Source of the DNA: Pseudomonadota bacterium
GTDB taxonomy: Bacteria > Pseudomonadota > Alphaproteobacteria > Rhizobiales > Hyphomicrobiaceae
DNA: 64,000 nt
Reading direction: 5' to 3'
Assembly: GCA_018242295.1 (NCBI GenBank)
Contig: JAFECE010000010.1
Span: 3,724 to 67,723 of the forward strand
The notes below the pieces were generated by a model, which worked only from the letters and a program-made list of their open reading frames with translations, did not search any database and was not told the origin of the DNA. Position numbers and translations under genes: made by a program. Shown piece after piece: positions 29,173-36,778 of the stretch. Within the stretch, counting starts at the first letter, position 1. Each line of letters opens with the position of its first letter.

Positions 29173-29406
29173 ATGCGTATTGCACCACTTCTGGCAGCAT
29201 CCGTTGTCGCCATCGGCTTGTCCGCGGCGAGTTCCGGTTCGCAAGCTGCCCCGTTGGCACCCCTAAAAGGTCTCGAGACAAACCAGTCGCTCGCGACGCA
29301 GGTTGATTTCCGGCGGTCCTGCTGGCGTTGGCGCCACATATGTGCCGATCGCTGGGGTTGGGGCGGCCCGCGTTTCCGCCGCTGCATGTGGCGTCACGGC
29401 TGCTGA
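29173..29406 (+). CDS. secreted Trp/Arg-rich, 4-cysteine cationic mini-protein (77-aa precursor)
   Basis: GGAG lies 6 nt before the ATG at 29173; an alternative ATG is at 29167. Sec-type signal MRIAPLLAASVVAIGLSAASSGSQA|AP. The mature C-terminus is FRRSCWRWRHICADRWGWGGPRFRRCMWRHGC. A terminator follows. Confidence 0.6.
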   Translation: MRIAPLLAASVVAIGLSAASSGSQAAPLAPLKGLETNQSLATQVDFRRSCWRWRHICADRWGWGGPRFRRCMWRHGC

Positions 29407-29418
29407 CGCTTTCACATC

Positions 29419-29454
29419 ATGCGCGGCGGCGCGTTGCAATCGCCGCGCATTTTC
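29419..29454 (+). terminator. rho-independent terminator after the peptide gene
   Basis: ATGCGCGGCG (29419-29428) pairs with CGCCGCGCAT (29441-29450), followed by TTT. It abuts the stop codon of the convergent cNMP-binding gene. Confidence 0.7.
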
Positions 29455-29827
29455 ATATGTGCAAATTCATTCGACGCAGGCGGGTCGCCAACAGGCTCAT
29501 GACGCGTAGTGCGAACTGCGGGTCGTTGCGCACGACGGCGAGAAATGCCGGCTTGTCTATCGCGACGACTTCGGTCGGTTCGGCGGCCATTGCTGCCGCA
29601 CTTCGCGGGCCATCGTCGATCAGCGCCATCTCACCGAAAATGCCGCCGGTGCGGACGTTTTCAAGCACCGTGCCGTAGGTGATGATGTCAACCCGGCCCG
29701 ATCGCACCATGTACATGGCGTCACCTGGATCGTCTTCGAGAAAGATCTTCTCGCCCGCCTCGAAATGGCGAAATGGCGCGCCAATGTGGTCAAGTATCGA
29801 GAAATCAAATGGCCGGTCATCGCTCAT
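29453..29827 (-). CDS. stand-alone cyclic-nucleotide-binding domain protein (124 aa, no HTH)
   Basis: CAP_ED signature: GEKIFLEDDPGDAMYMVRSGRVDII ... GGIFGEMALIDDGPRSAAAMA ... LLATRLRRMN. The ORF ends right after the C-helix with no DNA-binding domain. Confidence 0.8.
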   Translation of the reverse strand: MSDDRPFDFSILDHIGAPFRHFEAGEKIFLEDDPGDAMYMVRSGRVDIITYGTVLENVRTGGIFGEMALIDDGPRSAAAMAAEPTEVVAIDKPAFLAVVRNDPQFALRVMSLLATRLRRMNLHI

Positions 29828-29987
29828 GCGGCCGTTCCCCCGAAAAGACCTTCGGATACGGCAACGCTAGAACCGTCCGTCAGCGAGAGCAAGTCCGCCG
29901 GCGAGAATCAGAGCAAATTGGGAGTGAGACGAAGGAGACACGGATAAGGGGGACAAGGGCGGGGCGGATAACCCCGCCGCAGTCAGA

Positions 29988-30518
29988 TCATTTGGGGGCG
30001 AGCACCATCACCATCTGGCGGCCTTCGAAGCGTGGTTCGCTCTCGACCTTGGAGATGGACTCGGTGTCGGCTTTCACGCGCTGTAGCACCGCCATACCGA
30101 GTTGCGAGTGCGCCATCTCACGGCCGCGGAAGCGTAGCGTTATCTTGACCTTGTCGCCGTCTTCGAAGAAGCGTTTGATCGCCCGCATCTTCACATCGTA
30201 GTCGTGATCGTCGATGCCCGGACGCATCTTGATCTCTTTCAACTCGACGATTTTCTGATTTTTGCGGGCCTCGGCGGCCTTCTTCTGCTCTTGGAATTTA
30301 AACTTGCCGAAGTCGAGGATCTTGCAGACCGGCGGCTCCGCGTCGGGCGAGATCTCAACGAGATCCAGTCCGGCCTCTTCGGCGCGGGCAAGAGCATCGA
30401 ATTTTGCAATGACGCCGACGTTCTGGCCTGTCTCATCGATGAGACGGACTTCTCGGGCCCGAATTTGGTCGTTGATGCGGGGCCCTGAGTTTTCCCGGCT
30501 CTGAGGCTCGGGTCGCAT
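29988..30518 (-). CDS. infC: translation initiation factor IF-3
   Basis: [24 protein letters not shown], the KFKFQEQKK linker and the C-domain [17 protein letters not shown] are canonical IF-3. The real start may be the in-frame ATC at 30530 (see findings). Confidence 0.93.
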   Translation of the reverse strand: MRPEPQSRENSGPRINDQIRAREVRLIDETGQNVGVIAKFDALARAEEAGLDLVEISPDAEPPVCKILDFGKFKFQEQKKAAEARKNQKIVELKEIKMRPGIDDHDYDVKMRAIKRFFEDGDKVKITLRFRGREMAHSQLGMAVLQRVKADTESISKVESEPRFEGRQMVMVLAPK

Positions 30519-30719
30519 TGGTTTACGGATGGTTCAGCTCCTTTTGTGGTTCCAATTATGACCGGGGGCAGATTCCGCCCCCCGTCAGCGGCGAACATGG
30601 GAAGCAACGGGCGCCTAAGTCAAGCGGGGCGCCTGAGCAAAATTGGCAAATGAGGCTATTTCGCTCATTTTCCGAACACCTCCCTTTGCCGCATGGCCGT
30701 CTGGTGGGGCAAATGGCCG

Positions 30720-31451
30720 TTATCGCCAGTGGTCAGCAATCCATGGAGTGGGGAGGACGTACTTGTAAAATTTCTTCCAAGTTGCGTTCACGGGCCAAAT
30801 TCCATCGCGGGCCTCATCGGGGTCCGGCTTGCCGTGAAATGCCACGACCCGGGCTTCCGGCGGTAGGCGCGGGGTGATGAAAAAATTCAGCGGCCAGGCC
30901 GGAATCAAGGAATGCTTGAAGCTCAGGCACCATTCCGGAGGGAAGAAAACGACGTCTTCGCTTTCGGCCGATATATATTGCTGCTCAATCCGGTAGCGGC
31001 CAAGAATGGCTTCCGGATCGGCGTTGAAGGTATCGAAGATGTGGGACATCTTCCCGACCGGAAATCTGTAGATCGAGGTATTGCCTATCCGCTCATTAGG
31101 TTGGGTCCAGTTCTGCGCAACGCAGAAGCGACCCGGCTCAAAGTCGAAGAAGTCATCGATCTGTCCAGTAATGACAACGTCGAGATCGAAGAACAGGACG
31201 TCGCCTTCGAGATCGAGAAGCGGATACTGCCAGAGCGACAACTTCCGCCAGGGTGTCGTGAATTCGCGTTCGGGCAGGTTGATCGGCGGCAGCGGCGCAA
31301 TCTGCACCCAGGGGTCGGCTCCCTTCGCGTCGTCCGTGAAGCAAATGAGGCGTGTCTCACGCCGTGCGTTTCGCCGGACCATAGATGCCAAGCGATTGAG
31401 GTAGTCGATACCGTATCGAGCGCCCCACTTTATACAGATTACTGTTTGCAT
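30720..31451 (-). CDS. putative nucleotide-diphospho-sugar transferase (unclassified glycosyltransferase-like protein)
   Basis: 243 aa. Starts VICIKWGARYGIDYLNRLASMVRRN and has a DxD-like FFDLDVVI. It lies next to a GT4 gene. Family not firmly recognised. Confidence 0.45.
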   Translation of the reverse strand: MQTVICIKWGARYGIDYLNRLASMVRRNARRETRLICFTDDAKGADPWVQIAPLPPINLPEREFTTPWRKLSLWQYPLLDLEGDVLFFDLDVVITGQIDDFFDFEPGRFCVAQNWTQPNERIGNTSIYRFPVGKMSHIFDTFNADPEAILGRYRIEQQYISAESEDVVFFPPEWCLSFKHSLIPAWPLNFFITPRLPPEARVVAFHGKPDPDEARDGIWPVNATWKKFYKYVLPTPWIADHWR

Positions 31452-31701
31452 CGCCTCGTTTGTTACTCTTGCGTCCCTACCGTATCGGCCACCCAGCCGA
31501 AGTTCTTTCTATCTAGTACTAATGGAAAAACGCCATAAGCTTTCGGCCCCCGCCCCACAGCATTGTCTCATGCTGTTGACAAGTCAAATGGGCTTTGACC
31601 AGCCGGAATCGGCTTTCGAAAGGAATTCGAGGGCGACAACTGGCGAAGGTCGCCGGGACTGAGTGAGGTATATTTTACGAGTGAACGCCTCGACGGCGCC
31701 G

Positions 31702-32862
31702 CTAAGCGCTGAGCAGCCGTTGATAAACGGCCAGCGTTTTCGAGGTCAGCTGGTCCAGCGTAAAGCGGCTACGGACGTTGGCCGATCCCCTTTGGCCATA
31801 GGCTTTCCGCTTTTCGGCCGGCCAGCCGAGCATCGTTTCGATCGCGTCGGCGACAGCTTTCGGATCCGCGTATGGTACGCGCAAGCCGGATGCTTCGTCC
31901 GGCTTGACGTCGGGCTCGGTCAGCGCGACTTCGCGGCCGGGGCCGGTATCCGATACGATCATCGGCACGCCCATCGCCTGACCTTCGATGGCGACGCGCG
32001 GCAGGCCTTCTTGCTCCGAAATATTCAGCGCGATGTCGCTGATCGCGTAGGTGGCGGCCACGTCGCGCACGTGTCCGGGGAAGCGCAATTGATGCGCAAC
32101 GCCGAGCTTTTCAGCCTGGGCTTCGAGCTGCTCCTTGAAGGCCGGCTTTTCGATTTCGCCCGCGAGAACGCAGACGACGTCCGGGGCGCCGCGCTCCTTC
32201 AATATTCCGAGGGCGGAAACAAGATGGTGCTGCGCTTTGCGGGGCGTGATGCGGCCTGCCAATATCAGCACAGGCTTCGATCCATCGGCGTTGAGCAGAG
32301 TTCGAACGGCGGCCAGTCTTTCAGGCGTCAGCAAAGCCGGGTCGAAAACGGTTGAATCAAATGCGCGATGTATGACGGCGATGCGCTTCTCGGGCGTGTG
32401 GTAGCGCGTGCGGATCAGGTGCGCCATGTAGTCCGACACCGCGATTACGGTATCGCTGCGCGCCATGACGCTATTGTAGAAATTCTTCAGCCGCGTTTTT
32501 TCGGAATATTCGGAATGGTAAGTTGTTACAAAGGGCGTGGCGGTACGCCGGGCAGCGTAAAGGGCGCTCCAGGCCGGGGCGCGGCTGCGGGCATGAATAA
32601 TGGAGACGTTTTCACGGCGAATGATGTTTGCAAGTTGCGAAGCATTTTTCGCGAGAAGCAGCGGATTCTTCGTGGCAAGCGGCATCGAGATATGCTCGGC
32701 ACCTGCAGCCAGAAGCTGATCAACGAGCGGACCGCCAGCGGATGCCACCAATGCGCGATGACCGTTCTTGACGAGCGCTGTCGCGATCTGCAGGCAGCCG
32801 AGTTCAGCGCCACCGGCGCGCATCCGGGGAATGACCTGCAACACTGTGAACGTATTTTTCAT
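31702..32862 (-). CDS. glycosyltransferase family 4 (GT-B, RfaB-like)
   Basis: 386 aa. N-terminal GGAELGCLQIATAL, C-terminal E(x7)E-type region NISEQEGLPRVAIEGQAMGVPMIVSDTGPGREV. Confidence 0.85.
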   Translation of the reverse strand: MKNTFTVLQVIPRMRAGGAELGCLQIATALVKNGHRALVASAGGPLVDQLLAAGAEHISMPLATKNPLLLAKNASQLANIIRRENVSIIHARSRAPAWSALYAARRTATPFVTTYHSEYSEKTRLKNFYNSVMARSDTVIAVSDYMAHLIRTRYHTPEKRIAVIHRAFDSTVFDPALLTPERLAAVRTLLNADGSKPVLILAGRITPRKAQHHLVSALGILKERGAPDVVCVLAGEIEKPAFKEQLEAQAEKLGVAHQLRFPGHVRDVAATYAISDIALNISEQEGLPRVAIEGQAMGVPMIVSDTGPGREVALTEPDVKPDEASGLRVPYADPKAVADAIETMLGWPAEKRKAYGQRGSANVRSRFTLDQLTSKTLAVYQRLLSA

Positions 32863-32896
32863 TTCAGCTCATCAAGCGGAGTCGTCGAGACCAACG

Positions 32897-33700
32897 ATGG
32901 ACAGTCCCTATAAGATTGCGTCAGCCGAACCGCAAATCCTTCCTGTCGGGACGGGGGCTGAGGCACGGGAAATTCCCTTCATTGCGCAGCGCCCTGCGAA
33001 ATCCAGCGGGCTGGGTCTTTTTTGGCTCTCGGGCTTCATGTCCGAGATGTCGTCGACGAAAGCCACGGCTGTTGCGCAGTGGGCTGCGGAGCATAACCTT
33101 GCATCGACGCGGTTCGATTATTCCGGCCACGGCGTCGCTGCCGGGCGCATCGAAGACGGGACAATCGGGCGATGGCTCGAAGAAGCCCTGGCTGTTTTCT
33201 CCGAGGTCATCGGTGGGCCGCAGATTGTCATCGGTTCGAGCATGGGTGGGAATATCGCGCTTCTGCTCTTGCGGAAGCTTTTGCGAGAACGCCCAGAGGA
33301 GGCCGCACGCATCAAGGCGCTCGTCCTGATCGCGCCTGCGTGGGACATGACGGAAGAGTTGATGTGGAAGCGGTTTTCCGAAGAGACCCGCCGCGAGATC
33401 CTGGAGCGTGGGTTTTTCAAGCAGCCGTCGGCCTATGCAGAGCCCTATACGATTACGCGCCGCCTTATCGAGGATGGCCGCGAGCATCTTCTGGCGCGAA
33501 CGCCGTTCGATCCGGGACGGCCTGTCGTGATCGTGCAAGGCTTATTGGACGTCGATGTGCCAGCGTCTCACACGCGAGAGCTCACGACCTTTCTGACGGG
33601 TGGCAAGGTCAAGCTGATCGAGGTCGCCGACGCGGAGCATCGGCTGTCGCGGCCGCAAGATCTCGATTTGCTTTTCGCTGAAATCAGCAAGCTGCTTTAG
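32897..33700 (+). CDS. alpha/beta hydrolase
   Basis: Start moved to the ATG at 32897 (MDSPYKI...). Nucleophile elbow GSSMGG, late acid and His (VIVQGLLDVDVP ... AEHRLS). Confidence 0.8.
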   Translation: MDSPYKIASAEPQILPVGTGAEAREIPFIAQRPAKSSGLGLFWLSGFMSEMSSTKATAVAQWAAEHNLASTRFDYSGHGVAAGRIEDGTIGRWLEEALAVFSEVIGGPQIVIGSSMGGNIALLLLRKLLRERPEEAARIKALVLIAPAWDMTEELMWKRFSEETRREILERGFFKQPSAYAEPYTITRRLIEDGREHLLARTPFDPGRPVVIVQGLLDVDVPASHTRELTTFLTGGKVKLIEVADAEHRLSRPQDLDLLFAEISKLL

Positions 33701-33702
33701 TG

Positions 33703-34635
33703 CTATTTGTCGTTGCCGGCTGCTGCATCCGGTTCGGGAAGGCCCTCGGCGACGGCCTCTTCGAGCCCTTCCGGGCCGGTGGCCGCGGCAATGGCTTCGG
33801 GCACCACCCAAATCCGGAAATCCTGCGTCGCGACACCGTTGTCGCAAAGGAGACCGCCGCCGTCGTTGCGGCAGCTTTTGTCGGCCGCGATCGTGAAGGC
33901 TCCGGCGGAAGCGCCGCGGCTTTCGCCGACTTCAATGACTTCGATGCGCGCGTCGGCGTCGATCCTGACGCCGCGATAGACGCAGGCGGATTTCCCGGCG
34001 CAGGGATCTGACGTCGTCTCCTCCGTCGTTCGTAACGCGACTGCCTGCGTGCGCGGCATGCTTACGGCTGGCGCTTCGATGCCGTTTGAAAGCCAGCAGC
34101 TCTCGTCGATACAAATGATCGGATCGGGTTTGAAACCGAGCGCTCTGCCATCGACATCGAGCACAAGCAACACCGTGGCTTGCGTTGTGTCGGGCCTCGG
34201 AGCCTCGGCGACAATCGTCCGTTGGCTTTCCGATTTCGGGGGGGCGGTTGTCGCGACGGGAACCGGCACCGGTTGCTTTTCGGCTGCGGGAGCGACGGCG
34301 GGCGGCGGGGCAGGTGCAGGTGCTGCCGGCACCGCGGGCTCAGCCGCAATCTGCTGCGGGTGGACTTCCTGCTTTTCGCGATCGGCCTCTTCGGCGCGCG
34401 CGCGGCGAAGCATGTCCGCCTCGTAATCGGCGTCCGGCTTTCTTGCTGTCGTTGATGGCTTTGGTACTGGTTTTGGTGATGGTTTTGCCGCCGGCTTCGG
34501 AGCCGGTTCATCGCTCGCCTCGGAGAACTTTTGCGCGATCGCCTGGGCAGGATCGACAGGATCGACAGGATCGGCACGGACGCCGAGCGCGAAGGTCAGC
34601 ACCGCCGTCGCTACAATGAGCGCTCTAATCGCCAT
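33703..34635 (-). CDS. secreted hypothetical protein, Pro/Lys-rich linker and Cys-containing C-terminal domain
   Basis: Signal peptide MAIRALIVATAVLTFALGVRA, a DPVDPVDP repeat, the PAPKPAAKPSPKPVPKPS linker and a C-terminal half with 8 Cys. Confidence 0.6.
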   Translation of the reverse strand: MAIRALIVATAVLTFALGVRADPVDPVDPAQAIAQKFSEASDEPAPKPAAKPSPKPVPKPSTTARKPDADYEADMLRRARAEEADREKQEVHPQQIAAEPAVPAAPAPAPPPAVAPAAEKQPVPVPVATTAPPKSESQRTIVAEAPRPDTTQATVLLVLDVDGRALGFKPDPIICIDESCWLSNGIEAPAVSMPRTQAVALRTTEETTSDPCAGKSACVYRGVRIDADARIEVIEVGESRGASAGAFTIAADKSCRNDGGGLLCDNGVATQDFRIWVVPEAIAAATGPEGLEEAVAEGLPEPDAAAGNDK

Positions 34636-34754
34636 GGAAAGCTCGTCGTCCCGCTCGCATCGGCACGCCCTGTCGGGGCGCAGCCGCTATCGTCTTTATC
34701 CTCTATTCTGGCGGAATGGGGGAAAAGGTGTGACCACAAACCAAAAAGGGTTCG

Positions 34755-35618
34755 CTAAAGCTCGGCGATCGCCTTTAGCCCTTCAACGTACGTGGGATAC
34801 GCAAGTCTAACGCCGAGTTCGGATTTCATCCGGGCGTTCGAGACCTTCTTGCTCTCGACGTAAAAACTTCGTGCGGCCGGGGACAGAGCGGCATCAGCGG
34901 GGTCGGTTGCCGGTGGGCAGGGCAGGCCCAGCAGCTCGGCGCCGTAAGCGATGACATCCTGCGGAGGCGCGGGAAGATCGTCCGTCACGTTGAAGATATG
35001 GACGCCGGGCGAAAGGTCGATGCTTGCCTGCACGGCCGTTGCGATATCCGCAACATGGATACGGTTGGTCAGTTGACCGGGCTTGAAGACGCGGCGTGCC
35101 GTCCCTGCCTTCAGCTGATCGATCGCGCTGCGACCGGGCCCGTAGATTCCCGGCAGGCGATAGATGACGAGGGCTTTGCCGGATGCGCGCGCAAGGTCGA
35201 TCCAGCCATTCTCAGCTTTGACGCGACGTTGCCCGCGCTCGGTTCCGGGCCGCGTCTCCGTCGTTTCGTCCACCCAGTTGCCCGAAGCGTCGCCGTACAC
35301 GCCGACTGTCGAGAAGTAGCCGATCCAGCGAATGGAAGGACTGGCGGCGATTGCAGCTCCATAGTGCCGCAAGGCCGGATCGCTCTCGGCATCCGGTGGA
35401 ATGGATAGCAGCACATGCGTTGCGCTTTGCAGTGCGTCGGCGACATCGTGGAGCGCATCGGTTCCATCGAAGAGAAATGGTTCGAAGCCCAGCTCGGAAA
35501 GACGCTCGACCTTTTCAACGTGTGCGGTCGTTCCGGCGACGGTCCAGCCTTGGGCGAGGAGGCGCCGGCCGAGTTCGCTCGCGCAGTAGCCCAATCCGAA
35601 ACAGAAGAGCCGGCTCAT
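34755..35618 (-). CDS. SDR-family NAD(P)-dependent oxidoreductase/epimerase-like protein
   Basis: The start ATG at 35618 gives MSRLFCFGLGYCASELGRRLLAQGWTVAGTT (Rossmann GxGxxA). ATGA overlap with the queG stop. Confidence 0.7.
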   Translation of the reverse strand: MSRLFCFGLGYCASELGRRLLAQGWTVAGTTAHVEKVERLSELGFEPFLFDGTDALHDVADALQSATHVLLSIPPDAESDPALRHYGAAIAASPSIRWIGYFSTVGVYGDASGNWVDETTETRPGTERGQRRVKAENGWIDLARASGKALVIYRLPGIYGPGRSAIDQLKAGTARRVFKPGQLTNRIHVADIATAVQASIDLSPGVHIFNVTDDLPAPPQDVIAYGAELLGLPCPPATDPADAALSPAARSFYVESKKVSNARMKSELGVRLAYPTYVEGLKAIAEL

Positions 35619-36769
35619 GCGCCTTGAGTTCCTTCCATTGGCAAAGTCCATTCGGCGGCGACTTCGGGATCGCGCTCACGGTCTTGATAGCGCTTTTGCA
35701 GGGCTTCGATCTCGCCGGGGTTTGCAAGGCGGCGTGACGCCCAGATCGCCATCGCCCGAACAAGAGCGGAACTGTCTTCCATCAGTGGTTCGATGTGTCG
35801 AAGCAGTGATCGATCGCCGGAATTTCCGGAGGCGATCAGCGCGTTGCGCACGACACGGTCGCGCCCGGTTCGTTTGATCGGCGTGCCGGCGAAACGCGCC
35901 CGAAATGTAGCATCGTCGAGCGCGAGGAGTTCGGCGAGGGGTGGATTGTCGGTTTCGGGGCGCGCTGCGTAACGGATCTCGGTCGCGGCGCCTGCAAACT
36001 TATTCCACGGGCAGACGGCGGCGCAGTCGTCGCAACCGAATACGCGATTGCCGATGGGCACGCGGAATTCCGGTGCGATATGTCCTTTGTGCTCGATGGT
36101 CAGGTAGGCGATGCAGCGGCGTGCGTCGAGCTGATACGGCGCGGGGAAAGCGTTCGTCGGACAGATATCGAGACATCGCCGGCATGAACCGCAATGGTCG
36201 CTGATGCCGGCATCCGGTTCCAATGCTGCCGTCGTCAATACGGCGCCGAGAAAGAGCCAGTTGCCGTGGTCGCGCGAAACCAGGATCGTGTGCTTGCCCT
36301 GCCAGCCGAGCCCGGCCTTGGCGGCCAGCGGCTTCTCCATCAGCGGTGCGGTATCGACGAAAACCTTGACGTCCGCGCCGGATCGTTCAGCGAACGAGCG
36401 CGCCAGCGATTTGATCTTTTTTTTCAGCACATCGTGGTAATCGCGGCCTTTGGCATAGACCGAAATCGCCGCATTGGAGCGATCGCGAAGGGCATCCAAC
36501 GGATTGCTCGGCGGCGCATACGATTGGCCGAAGATGATGGCGCTCTTGGCGTCCGGCCAAAGCTTCAGCGGACCGCTCCGCCGATCGGCATGGGTTTCCA
36601 TCCAATCCATGTCGCCGTGACGCTTTTCGCCCAGGAAGTGCGCCAGGCGTGCGGTAAGCTCCGTGTCGTCGGCCAGCCGTGCGATCCCGACGGCATCGAG
36701 CCCGAGCTTCGATGCTTCGGCACGGATCATATCCGCGAGATCGGAACCGGATTTACGGGCGTCGAGCAT
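35615..36769 (-). CDS. queG: tRNA epoxyqueuosine(34) reductase
   Basis: Two 4Fe-4S motifs (CGSCRRCLDICPTNAF and CDDCAAVCPWNKF) and a C-terminal HEAT-like region. Confidence 0.9.
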   Translation of the reverse strand: MLDARKSGSDLADMIRAEASKLGLDAVGIARLADDTELTARLAHFLGEKRHGDMDWMETHADRRSGPLKLWPDAKSAIIFGQSYAPPSNPLDALRDRSNAAISVYAKGRDYHDVLKKKIKSLARSFAERSGADVKVFVDTAPLMEKPLAAKAGLGWQGKHTILVSRDHGNWLFLGAVLTTAALEPDAGISDHCGSCRRCLDICPTNAFPAPYQLDARRCIAYLTIEHKGHIAPEFRVPIGNRVFGCDDCAAVCPWNKFAGAATEIRYAARPETDNPPLAELLALDDATFRARFAGTPIKRTGRDRVVRNALIASGNSGDRSLLRHIEPLMEDSSALVRAMAIWASRRLANPGEIEALQKRYQDRERDPEVAAEWTLPMEGTQGA

Positions 36770-36778
36770 ACGAGCGAT

